Position numbers and translations under genes: made by a program. The notes under the pieces are model-generated. The model did not search any database and was not told the DNA's origin. It saw only the letters and a program-made list of their open reading frames with translations. From Azolla caroliniana (Eukaryota > Plantae > Polypodiophyta), in NCBI GenBank assembly GCA_043228905.1, contig JBHGNT010000010.1, forward strand, positions 8,556,001 to 8,620,000: a stretch of 64,000 nucleotides of DNA, given 5' to 3'. Position 1 is the first letter of the stretch; each line of letters opens with the position of its first letter. This document shows positions 51,901 to 64,000 of this stretch, piece after piece.

Positions 51901-54459
51901 GTAGTCGCGGGGATAGCTCAGTTGGGAGAACGTTAGACTGAAGATCTGAAGGTCACGTGTTCGATCCACGTTCACCGCAAAAAATAATAAACATTTTCGA
52001 GAGACATATTTGAATAGATTATTTGACAAGAATTCTACGAATGAAATGAACATATAAACCTCATGTTAATGTTGACATGTGTTGATTTTTTCGTGCACAA
52101 TATCGTCATATTTCATGCTAATTCCATCTTGAGCGCAAAGTTCAAGGGGGAAATATTAAACGTTAATTCAATTAATCAACTAGACAACCACAACTAAACG
52201 TAATCGTAATGTCTACTTGATAATGAAACATTAATGCACAGTCCTTAGAGATTTTTACTTATTAACTAAAAATAGGTGGAAATACATACACTCGCAAGTT
52301 GTAGAGATATATAACTTGGGAGAACGTGAGACTAAATATCTGAACATCATTGTTCAATACACGTTAATGTTGATCTCTAATTGATCACTGAACTTTAGTC
52401 CACAGTTATTCGAGAATATTGTTTCTGAACCATATAGTCAGGATTTGATGGGAAGTCGCGGGGATAGCTCAGTTGGGAGAGCGTTAGACTGAAGATCTGA
52501 AGGTCACGTGTTCGATCCATGTTCACCGCAAAAAATAACAAACATTTTCGAGAGACATATTTGAATATATTATTTGACAAGAATTCTACGAATGAAATGA
52601 ACATATAAACCTCATGTTAATGTTGACATGTGTTGGTTTTTTCGTTCAGAATATGGTCATAGTTCATGCTAATTCCATCTTGAGCACAAAGTTCAAGGGG
52701 GAAATATTAAACGTTAATTAAATTAATCAACTACACATCCACAACTACACGTAATCCCAATGTCTACTTGATAATGAAACATTAATGCACAGTTAGTCAA
52801 GAATTTTGTTTATTTACTCAAAATAGGTGGAAATATATACAATCGCAAGTTGCAAGGATATATAAGTTGCGATAACATGAGATTAAATATCTGAACATCG
52901 TTGTTCAATACACGTTAATGTTGATGTCTAGATGATCGCTGAACTGTAGTCCACAGTTATTCGAGAATATTGTTTCTGAACCATATAGACAGCATGTGCT
53001 AGGAAGTTACGGGTATAGCTCAGTTGGGTGAGAGTCAGACTGAATATGTGAAGGTCACGTGTTCGATCCACGTTCACCGCAAAATGTAACAAACATATTC
53101 GAGAGACATATTTGATTAACTTATTTGACAAGAATTGTACGAATGAAATGAACATATAAACCTTATGTTAATGTTGACATGTTTTGTTCTCTTCGTTGAG
53201 ATTATGGTCATGTTTCATGCTAATTCCATGTTCGAGAATATTGTTATAGAACCATCTAGACAATATCGAATGGGAAGTTGCGGGGATAGCTCAGTTGGAG
53301 AGCGTCCGACTAAAGATCTGAAGGTTACGTGTTCGATCCATGTTCACCGCAAAAAGTAATAAACATTTTCGTGAGATATATTTGAAGACATTATTTGACA
53401 AGAATTCTACAAATGAAATGGACGTATGAACCTCATGTTAATGTTGACATGTGTTGTTCTTTGCGTTGATAATATGGTCATATTTCATGCTAATTCCATC
53501 TTGTGTGCAATGTTTAAGGGGGAATCAATGCGACTACATATTAAACTTTATTCAATTAATCAACTACACAACTACAAGTAAACATAATCTTAATCTCTAC
53601 CCTACAATGAAACATTAATGGACAATCCTTCGAGATATTTGTTTATTAACTCAAAATAGTTGGAAATATATACACACGCAAGTTGCAGGGATATATAAGT
53701 CGGGAGAACGTGAGATTGAATATGTGAACATTATTATTCAATACACGTTCATGTTGATCTCTAGTTGATAGCTCAACTTTAATCCACACTTATTCGAGAA
53801 TATAGTTTTTAAACCATATAGACAGTATTTGATGGGAAGTTGCGGGGATTGCTCAATTGGGAGAACATTAGACTGAAGATCTGTAGGTCACGTGTTTGAT
53901 CCATGTTCACCGCAAAAGGTAACAAACATTTTCGAGAGATATATTTGAATACATTATATGACAAGAATTCTACGAATGAAGGGTGAAAGCCAACTACGGT
54001 GTACCAACTTTTGGCCAAAATTTTAGTACTATTGGTTCACCTTTTGGCCAAAATTTTAGTACTATTTTGATGAAGAGAAAAACACTATAATTTAAAATAA
54101 ATCCCGAAAGAAGTGACTAAAAATTTTATGATCACTTATTAAAAAAATAAAAGTCACATTTAATGGGCTCAAAATTTAAAATAACAATAAACCCACACAT
54201 CCTTCCAGTGTTACATCTCTTTCCTAGTGTCCCATGTGTAATAAATTCCACTTGAGGTGGAAGGTGCATATGTTGAGGTAAACATATAAAATATCTTTAA
54301 TTTTTGAAGGTGAGTGAGTGAGTGAGTATCTCTATCTCTCTCTCTCTCCTACCTCACGTAAGTGGATGTTCAAGTTACTCTCACTCACTCTCTCTCTCTC
54401 TCTCAAATCTGTCTCTCCCTCTCTCAGATCTATCTCTCTATCTCTCCCTCTCTAAGATC

Positions 54460-54500
<41 letters not shown>

Positions 54501-57009
54501 TGTCTCTCCCTCTCTCAGATCTGTCTCTCCCTCTCTATGATCTGTGTTTGTGTCTCTGTCTGTCTGTCTCTCTCTCAGATCTCCATCTCTCTCAAATTTC
54601 TCTTTGTTTCTCTTGCATTCACAGGTGTTCAAGTTGTGGTGACACTTTAGATCGTCTGTGCCTCCAGGCAACAACCACGTTCTGTGTTCGCTTTGACCCT
54701 TTTGCAACCTCAAGACGCTCTCTGCTTACTATGTCCCCACCATCTCTAATCGTTGTTGCTTGTTGTGTCTCATCATCCAGAGCAAACAAGAGATCTCTGC
54801 TCTTTGTTCTTGTTGTGATTCGTCTACGGTGTATCAGGGATTCTTTGCTCACCCTGTCACCTTTGCTCGTTATGTTCATACAACCTCTGTTTGATGTCCT
54901 TGCTGTGACCCTTCTACAACAAACATGCAACAACCTCTTCAAACAACAAAAAATCTAGTTCTCCTCCTACTGTGGGTTTTGTTGCATGATCTACAACAAG
55001 TTGTGGGCAAAAAACTTGTGACTCTACCACATATTTATTGAGAAGTTTCAACTATTCGAGAAGAGGTATATTCTTGTTGATTTTGTTTCTAAATGTTCTT
55101 GTTATGTCTGGTTTTTCAAATGTGCTCATTTGAGAGTCTTGTATAGAAATATGCTTGAGTCTTGTACATGCTCATTACGGTAAGGGGGTGTTGTGATTAT
55201 ACGATGCTATTTATATATTATCTTCCTCAACATGTTCTTGTTGAGCATGTTTGTTGTTGTTCCTGCTCTTCATTTGTCTTGTTTTTCAAATGCATTCATT
55301 TGAGAGTCTTGTACAAAAATATGGTTCAGTCTTGTACATGTTCACATATGGTAAGGGGGCATTATGATGATATGATGTTTTATTTGTTATCTTCCTCAAC
55401 ATGTTCTTGTTGAGTATGTTTGTCATCTTATTTTTCAAATGTCTTCATTTGAGAGTCTTGTAACATGTATATGGCTGAGTCTTGTACATGCTCACATATG
55501 TAATGGGGTGCTATGATGATATGGTCCTATATCTATGTTATGTTCCTCAACATGTTCTTGTTGAGTATGTTTGGTGATGTTCTTGCTCTTGTTCTATCTA
55601 TTGTTCGTGTTCTTGTTCTTGTTGTTATTGTTCTTGTTTTCTCCAGTGTTAATCGAAGAGCTGAGATATGAATCTTGCACTTGTTGAGGCTTGGACAAGG
55701 GTGCCTCATTTAGTACTGTTGTGATGACATGTCCAAGAAGTGCTTTGTTCTTGATCTGGATGACTATATCATGTTCTTGTTGATGTTGCTGAAATTGTTG
55801 TTCCTTTTCTTTCCGGATTCATTTGCAAGTCGAGATTTAGTAATTCTGTGATGACAAGTATATGATTTGTTATTTTTGGACCCGACTATTATGTCATGTT
55901 CTTGTTGTTGGTAGTGGTGTTTTTGTTTTTGAGTAGTGTTCATTTGAGGGTTGAGATATCCTTGAATCTTATACATGTATATGCTTGAATTTGCTTTGCT
56001 TCTTCTTCTTCTTGTTGGAAACGGGAATGCTTAACTTAGTATTGCTATGTTGAATAGTTGTTTTCTTGTTGTTATTCTTCTTGCTCTTGTTGATTTAGTA
56101 TTGTTGTCTAGACATATTTATAATGTGGTAATCTACTGCGTGATCTAGGAATGGTATTTTGCTATGTATATTGATGTGTGAAGTACTAGTTTATAGCTAT
56201 GTAAGGGAGTTAATACTATGTTGTGGAAGCTTTTTTAAAAGGAGAGTGAGAACTAGAAAAATGGCAAATAAGACTCCCACGAAGAAGGCACTAGTCAAAG
56301 ACGAAGTGATGACACCCACAAAGGAAAGAACGTGGACCCCTCATCAAAGAAAGTAAATAGACAAAGACCAAAGAAAGGGTGAAGCGCATGTGGTTTTGCA
56401 TGTGAAGTTCAAATAACATTGAAATTGACCAAGAAGAATTTACTCAACACCAATCATCACATTATAGAGAGTCCTCCAATACAAACATTGGCTTGAAGTT
56501 TGAGGATGCCTCAAAGGATATCTCTCCTTCTACCTTCTAAGGTTTATATTTTTCTCCTTTAGCTATTATGTTGTAGTTTGTGTCTCCAAATGCAAGTGTA
56601 GATTCAATGGCTTTGGATTCAAGCTCGAGGAGGCTATGGATGTTGTGATTACATCGTGTTTGCACACATATCATATGCTATGTGCTAAGTACCACTTTGA
56701 GAAAATAATACATGTATGCATTGTAAAATTACTGTTGGAGCTGAATAGTACTTAGCGATGAGTTTCAAAGTTCACTCCACTGGTATGTGATACTGCTATT
56801 ATGTTTTTCTATACTTTCTAATTCCATTTTATAGTTTCTTTAGTATAGGTTTAGGTCGTAATTCATGCTAGAAAATAGAAAATTCATGGTTTAGTATTGG
56901 TTTCGCTCCATATACTATATGTTGCATCAATATTTATGTCATTTAGTTCTTGTGCATTCATCATAACTAATTTTACATGTTTGTTTATAGATGTTATAGT
57001 ACTAAACAT

Positions 57010-57840
57010 GCTACATTGACTGAATCCCATTCTATATTTAGCTGGGCTAATACTAGCATAGTACACACTTCACGACACCTTTAGGTGTACAATTGGTGGA
57101 GTACTAAAATCCATCTTATACTTAGGTGGGCTAGTACTAACATAGTACGCACTTCATTCAGTAAGTAGTTGTACAATTGGATTAGTACTAGGATCTATTC
57201 TATATTTAGGTGGGCTAGTACTAGCATTCAGGAGACCTTTAGGTGTATAGTTGGTGTAGTACTAGAATCCATCCTATATTTAGGTGAGCTAGTACGAATA
57301 TAGTACAAACTTCAATATGCAATTAACTGTACAATTGGTTTAGTACTAGTACTAGAATCCATTCTATATTTAGGTGGGCTAGGATAGGCATAGTACACAC
57401 TTCAGTAGACCTTTAGGTGTACAATTGGTGTAGTACTAGAATCCATCCTATATTTAGGTGAGCTAGTACTAACATAGTAGACACTTCATTTTGGAAGTAG
57501 CTGTACAATTGGTTTAGTACTAGAATCCATTCTATATTTAGGTGGGCTAGGATAGGCATAGTACACACTTCAGTAGACCTTTAGGTGTACAGTTGGTGTA
57601 GTACTAGAATCCATCCTATATTTAGGTGACCTAGTACTGACATAGTACACACTTCATTTTGGAAGTAGCTGTACAGTTGGTTTAGTACTAGAATCCATTC
57701 TATATTTAGGTGGGTAGTACAAGCATAGGACAATTTTAGGTGTACAATTGGTGTAGTACTAGAATTCATCCTATATTTAGGTGGTTTAGTTCTAAAAGCA
57801 AACACACCTCATTCTGCAATTACTTCGACAATTGGTTTAG
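57010..57840. repeat. Minisatellite of about 84 bp, about 10 copies, rich in AGTACT/TGTACA palindromes
   Basis: ctagaatcc recurs at about 57352, 57436, 57520, 57604 and 57688. Confidence 0.9.
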
Positions 57841-58125
57841 GATTACATTATTGATTACATTTGTGTTGATGTGAATTACTACTAATGTAGAGAAAAGGAG
57901 CATAAGGATCTTAGTTGTTTGGTTGTATTAGTACTAACATGGTTCCTAACATTGTATTTTTTGTGTCCCAAGTGATTTAGGACTGATGTAAAGCAAATGG
58001 ACATGAAGGTATTAGCAGTTTAGTTGTAACAATACTAACATTGTTCATTACCACCTAGGTTATTGTCTCTAGCATATTTAGTATTGATGTAAAGCAAATG
58101 ACAATTTGTGTTTTGGCGTCATATA

Positions 58126-59235
58126 CAGATATTGAAGAAGGAATTTGGAATGATGAAGAGCACCAAAATGAGACTAGCACCATCCGTTGCACTATTGAGG
58201 AGTTGGATGCCATAGACAATCAGGGTGAGGAGGACATGACAAACACAACCACATGCAAAGAGCTGTCTACAGAAGTTGAGGATCACGCCGATGTAATAGT
58301 AGGCAGGAGTGTGAACCTTTACCTTGTATGTTAATTGAGATTAGTATTGACACTGGTATTGTTGGGTGCATTCAGATGTAGTTGGACAAGAACTAGGAGA
58401 TGAACAAATACATGAAGATGATTGAGGCACTATATGGAGCAGAGATGAAGATTCCGAGATTGTGACTATGCCTTGTACAAAGGATGACTCTAACAACACC
58501 GCAACCACACATGAGGATTGTGAAGAAAATATCACATTTAATTTAGAAGAGAGAACATCTATACAAAGAATGAGGTTTTTCGCATTGTCCACGAGGAGCA
58601 CATGGGTACTAAGAAAGATGTGGACAACACCATCCAGGATGAGTTTGCAAAAAAGACAACTACCAGCCACGAAGAGGAGCACATGTGCACTAAGAAAGAT
58701 GTGGATAACACCATTTTGGAGGAATCTACAAAAAACACCACTACCACCCATGAAGAGGAGCACATGGGTACTGCGAAAGATATGGATGACACCATTTAGA
58801 TGAGTGTGTGAAAAACACAACTACCACCCACGAAGAGGAGCACATGGGTACTGCGAAAGATATGGACAACACCATCTCGAATGTGTGTGAAAAACACAAC
58901 TACCACCCATGAAGAGGAGTACAACGTTAGCTAGGATGAGTATCAGAAAATCACCACTACCACCCATGAAGCGGAGCCACACCAAATGTAGGACGAGGAA
59001 TCCAACGGCACCCAGGAGGTACATGAAGATATTGCTATCAACTACATCTCATGTTCGTGTAAACAATGAAGTAGGAAACTTCAGGGGGGTGCCACCAGTC
59101 CGAGGAGGGGAACCATCCGATGTTTTCCTATTGGCCTCCAATGATGAAGTGCCACTCAGTAGTATGCAGAAGGGTGTAAAACCAATGAAGGAGACAATCA
59201 GTTCTAAATGCATTACAAGTACAAGAAAATACTAG
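58126..59235 (+). pseudogene. Acidic low-complexity coding remnant with a 27-aa (81-bp) repeat; possible accessory gene of the transposon
   Basis: E/D-rich frames; HEEEHMGTKKDVDNTIQDEFAKKTTTS-type unit at 58593, 58674, 58755, 58835 and 58914; stops and frameshifts. Confidence 0.45.
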
Positions 59236-59589
59236 TGCCAAAGATTTTATGGGTCATGGTTTGTACTTGTTATTGTCATATCCAAATGATATATATTTTT
59301 TATACTTATTATGTGTCGAATTGATATGTTTGACATTGTTTTTGTTAGACTCTCTCTAAGTATGAATGTGATGTTTTATGAGAAGATGAATGTGGAGTCC
59401 ATTACAATCCAAACATGTTTATGACATCATGTACCTCTTGAGGGACCTTGTAGACAATTTACTTCCCGGTCATAGTGAACTGGATTGCTATAATGGCCTC
59501 AACATAGATTATGGCGGTGGGTGCATCTTTTACTAAAGCATACATGTGGGAGGACTGTTGCAACTTTGCATAATAGTTGTTATAGTGAA

Positions 59590-60165
59590 CAAAAGAGGAT
59601 AGATACATGACTAGAAACAATTAACACTATAAGAGCACCAAACACTTTATGAAAACCAACGAGGATATATACATTACTAGAAACAATTAGCACTTTAAGA
59701 GCATCAAATACTTTATGAAAATGAAAGAGGATATATACTGTACTAGAAACAATTAACACTATAAGAGCACCAAACACTTTATGAAAACCAACGAGGATAT
59801 ATACATTACTCGAAACAATTAGCACTTTAAGAGCATCAAATACTTTATGAAAATGAAAGAGGATATATACGATCACCAAAGAGGATATATACATTACTAG
59901 AAACAATTAACACTAAAAGAGCACCAAACACTTTATGAAAACCAAAGATGATAATACATTACTAGAAACAATTAACACTATAAGAGCACCGAACACTTTA
60001 TGAAAACCAAAGGGGATATTACATTACTAGAAACATTTAACACTATAAGAGCATCAAACACTTAACAAACACCAAAACGGATATATACATTACTAGATAC
60101 AATTAACACTACAAGAGCAACAATCACTTTATGAAAACCAAAGAAGATAATACATTACTAGAAAC
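59590..60165. repeat. 66-bp minisatellite, about 9 copies
   Basis: ctagaaacaatta at about 59611, 59677, 59743, 59809 and onward. Confidence 0.9.
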
Positions 60166-60569
60166 ATGTCCAATGTTGGGGAGTCTATCATTTGTGGCAA
60201 CTATTATGCAAAGTTGCCACAATGCAAGAACACATATGCATTATTGCAAGATGCACCCACTACCATAATCTCGATGATGCCATTATCCCAATCAAGCTCA
60301 CTATGACTCAGGCAAAGCACGAGATTAAGGGATACAAAACTATCTACGTGCATTTTGTAACTTGCCACCTTTATTATCCACTTTCTTGCTTATAAGAGCA
60401 TGCTTGATCACAACCTCCACCCCATCATGCTCTCCTTTTTCATGTCTAGACCTAAAGTAGTTCTACTGCATCCTAATGTTGGTCAGTGAGAAGTACCTGT
60501 GCATTTTGCATCACAAGTAGCCAACAAACATTAGTAACAATACTAAGTTAGTACATCACATGTAGCCGA

Positions 60570-62330
60570 ACAATACTTAACATGGCTTAAAACTTAATTA
60601 ATATTGATTCATGTGGGAGGACATTACTAAGTTGTAAATTAAGAATACTTAACATGTCTTAAAACAGAATTACTACTGATAGATGTGGGAGGATAGTACT
60701 AAGTTGTAAATTAAGAATAATTTACATGGCTTAAACCATAATCAGTACTTGTGCACGTGGGAGGACATTAGTAAGTTGTAAATTAAGAATACTTAATATG
60801 GCTTAAAACATAATTAGTACCGATTCATGTGAGAGAAAGTACCAAGTTGTAAATTAAGAATACTTAACATGGCTTAAAACAGAATTAGTATTGATAGACG
60901 TGGGAGGATAGTACTATGTTGTAAATTAAGAATATTTTACATGGCTTAAAACAGAACTAGTACTAATAGACATGGGAGGACAATACTAAGTTGTAAATTA
61001 AGAATATTTTACATGGATTAAAACATAATTAGTACTTGTGCACATGGGAGGATAGTACTAAGTTGTAAATTAAGAATACTTGCATGCCTTAAAACATAAT
61101 TAGTATTGATTCATGTGAGAGGACAGTACTAAGTTGTAAATTAAGAGTACTTAACAGGGCTTAAAATAGAATTAGTAATGATAAACATGGGAGGATAGTA
61201 CTATGTTGTAAATTAAGAATATTTTACATGGTTTAAAACATAATCAATACTTGTGCACGTGGGAGGACAATACTAAGTTGTAAATTAAGGATAATACATT
61301 GTTGTAAATTAGTAGTGACGCACATGGGAGGACAATACTAAGTTGTAAATTAAGGATAGTACATTGTTGTAAATTAGTACTGATGCACATGGGAGGACAA
61401 TACTATGTTATTGCTTGTAGATACTAAACATACATGAATAGACAATTAGTACTGATTCACATGGGAGGACAATAGTAAGTTTTTATTTATATTTATACTA
61501 AACACGTGAATAGACAATTAGTATTGATTCACATGGGAGGATAGTACTAAGTTGTTATCTAAAAATACTAAACATAAGTGAGTAGAAAATTAGTACTGAC
61601 ACACATGGGAGGATAGTAGTATGTTTTTATTTCAAAATACTACATTTGGGTAAATATTCAATTAGTACTAATGCACATCGAAGGATCGTACTAAGTTTTT
61701 ATTTAAAAATAGTAAACTTAGGTAAATACACAATTAGTACTTATGCACATGGGAGGATAATACTAAGTTATATTGATAGATACTGAACATACGTGAGTAA
61801 AAAATTAGTATTGACACACATGGGGGGGACAATGTTAAGTTTTTATTTAAAAATATTAAACCTAGGTGAATACACAATTAGTACCAATGCACGTGGGAGG
61901 ACAGTACTAAGTTATTATTTATAATTTATAGATACTAAACATAATTGAGTAGAAAATCAATACTGACACATATGGGAGGACAATACTAAGTAAACATGGG
62001 TAAACACATAATTAGTACTGATGCACATTTGATAGCAATATTAAGTTGTTATTCCGAATATTAAGCATAGGTGAATAAACAATTAGTGATGATGCATATA
62101 GAACAACAATATTGTAATATAAAAATACTAAATATAGGTAAATATACAATTAGTATTGATGCACATGGGAGGACAATACTACATTGTTATTTAAAAGTAC
62201 TAAATATCGGTAAATACATAATTAGCATTGATGCATATTGGAGGACAATACTAAGTTATTAATTAAAAAATACTAAACATGGATAAAAACATTGTTACTA
62301 CTGATGCACATTGGAAGAAAAGTAGAAAGT
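60570..62330. repeat. Minisatellite of about 72 bp, about 24 copies, filling the predicted transposase intron
   Basis: catgggagga-tagtactaagtt core at 72-bp period (60614, 60686, 60759 ...). Confidence 0.9.
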
Positions 62331-63369
62331 TTTTATTGAACAACACTAAATGTAGGAGATTAAACTAATATTGGTAATGTAGACAAGTTTGAATACAATT
62401 GGTTCTAAGTTTTCATTAAAGATTAGAAAGCATAGGAAACCAATGTAATAGTTGAAGGCCTTTGAAGTATTAGACGACTAGACTTAGAACTATATGTACT
62501 TAACGTAAAGTAATCAATTTACCTTGCAGTAAAAAAGAAGTATAATGCTGCCTTAGATTGTGAGGCTACACCATTGAACCAGACTTAATGTTGATTAAAG
62601 GTAAGACCAAAAAATAATGAATCTGCATGGTCAAGCTCAAACCAATGTTAAACAATAAGTGGTTAATGCTTTTTATCATCTGAAATATAGATTATTAATT
62701 TGTTATGTAACATTCCTTGAATTGTGGATTTTGCCCATAACTCCTAAATTTATGTGGAATGAACTCCTAGAGTTACTTTTGAAACTCTAAGACAAGCATA
62801 GTAACATATGTCTCCTTATATGCCCACTTAATATTTTTCCTAACTAGTCTATTCCCTATATTTTGTACTATATACCCTAAATTTGTTTCTATTTCACAAT
62901 ATGATAGTTACCACATCAAGCTCATTGTACCGAATATGGGTTGTGGGCAAAACCTACATCTTTCTAAAAGAAATGAAAGAGTAATTAATAGATCATTTTT
63001 TGAGCATTACACATACTATATACTATCTATTGGTAAACAAGAATAGATCTTTTTTTGAGCATTAATAGATCATTTTTTAAGAAATGAAAGACTGATTAAT
63101 AGATAATTTTTTAAGAAATGAAAGACTAATTAATAGATCATTTTTTGAGCATTACACATACTATATACTATCTATTGGTAAACAAGACATGTCAATCTAA
63201 TTGATGATTACCATTTTCAATTATCTGTATTACTTAAAAAAGAATAACAAGGAAAGTAATTAAAGCAATCAAGGTTGCAATTAGTTGTATACTAATATCA
63301 CCAAATGGGACCCGCAAGCATAATAAATCAACAAGAGTTGTGTTAGTAATTTCATAACCAATGATAACA

Positions 63370-64000
63370 TGTTTTCAAATATGAAAATCACGAAATAGAG
63401 GAAGAAAGATCAACACGCAACATAAAAAATTTGAATATGAGAAGGAGTCACATAAAAAATTTATATACAAGAAAACCACGGTTTTATATATTAAAATAAT
63501 GAAATACATGAAGAAGGGTGAACATGCAAAAAATCTACATGACAAAGATGAACATGACAATATGAGAAAAATGATGAGCATGAAAATAATATACATGACA
63601 AAGATGAACAGAAAAATACGAGAAGAAAGATTAGCAAGAAAAGAATCCACAAGAGAAAGATGAACACGATAATATGAAAAATAAGATGGAAATTCGAAAG
63701 AAGCTCCTCTATGTATAAACCGCTTATGATTTATCGACGAAGCTTAAAATCGAAGATTGGAATACTTATATTGGACATGAGAATAAGAGAAAAAAGATGA
63801 ATATGAAAAAACCTACAAGAGAAAGATGAACATAAAAACACCTACAAGAGAACGATGAACATGATAATAAGAAAAGAAAGATGAGCATGAAAAATATCTA
63901 CATGAGAATAGAGAAGAAAGATGAACATGAAAAAGATTTACATGAGAAAGATGAACATAAAAAAAATCTACATGAAAAAAATATGAACATGAGAATATGA
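63370..64000. repeat. A-rich degenerate short tandem repeat (aagatgaacatga)
   Basis: Motif recurs irregularly to the window end. Confidence 0.7.

Larger units (their letters stand above)
43604..53980 (+). repeat. tRNA-Phe tandem array, duplicated block with 18 full-length copies
   Basis: tRNA starts at 44105, 44656, 45207, 45758, 46632, 47183, 47734, 48285, 48836, 49387, 49938, 50489, 51364, 51907, 52458, 53009, 53280, 53842. Confidence 0.96.
43604..57329 (+). repeat. Copy 2 of the 13,726-bp tandem duplication
   Basis: Junction aattaactgta|tatcgatccac with 2-bp microhomology (ta, 43604-43605). Confidence 0.96.
59403..62955 (-). pseudogene. Intron-containing degenerate DDD/DDE transposase
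   Basis: Manual translation: EFIPHKFRSYGQNPQFKEC and YISDDKKH (62650-62850); exon 62523-62622 NQH*VWFNGVASQSK..AR spliced GT-AG to the exon ending 60496, YFSLTNIRMQ*NYFRSRHEKGEHDGVEVVIKHAL; C-terminus NYYAKL..YALVKDAPTAII at 59403-59580. Confidence 0.72.
53981..64000 (-). mobile_element. Large decayed DNA transposon (probably Sola2-like); right end outside the window
   Basis: Sharp GGG terminus cutting an array unit, subterminal repeats, spliced transposase remnants at 59403-62955 and internal minisatellites. Confidence 0.65.

Noticed and set aside
23863-53980. CRISPR array or 5S rDNA array
   Set aside because: Spacers are homologous rather than unique, there are no cas genes, the context is eukaryotic, and the conserved core is a 73-nt tRNA cloverleaf rather than 5S RNA
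23916-54018. Dozens of near-identical 64-88 aa ORFs (MFISFVEF..., MRKREIKY...) as a tandem small-peptide gene family
   Set aside because: They are frames running through the tRNA repeat, mostly antisense; many units carry stops, and conservation is explained by the tRNA and recent amplification
43604-57329. Duplication as a pure assembly artefact
   Set aside because: It has a distinct microhomology junction and the copies differ at multiple sites; this is not excluded without reads, but a real duplication is favoured
59580-59906. Hydrophobic repeat membrane protein; likewise 63375-63650
   Set aside because: Frames through the 66-bp and A-rich minisatellites, with no independent coding evidence

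Overview
Repeat-rich land-plant nuclear DNA with no intact host protein-coding gene. The backbone is a tandem array of about 551-bp units. Each unit carries one cytosolic tRNA-Phe(GAA)-type gene and one decayed second tRNA copy. I count about 51 full-length main copies in three blocks (1-2891, 23863-40254, 43604-53980); five match the array consensus cloverleaf exactly. Several copies have altered anticodons (CAA with a compensatory stem change, TAA, AAA, GTA). The array is split by a 21-kb nest of four decayed LTR retrotransposons: a Tnt1-like Copia holding a second Copia (which itself holds a truncated Gypsy) and a chromoviral Gypsy. To the right, the array is interrupted by a large minisatellite-rich DNA transposon. 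It carries a spliced, degenerate transposase that the ORF track misses, with SDG..SQFK and HGKGEHDG-type motifs (Sola2-like from motif recall). A recent 13,726-bp tandem duplication (29878-43603 / 43604-57329) copied 18 tRNA units together with the transposon's left end. All counts and divergences were estimated by eye.
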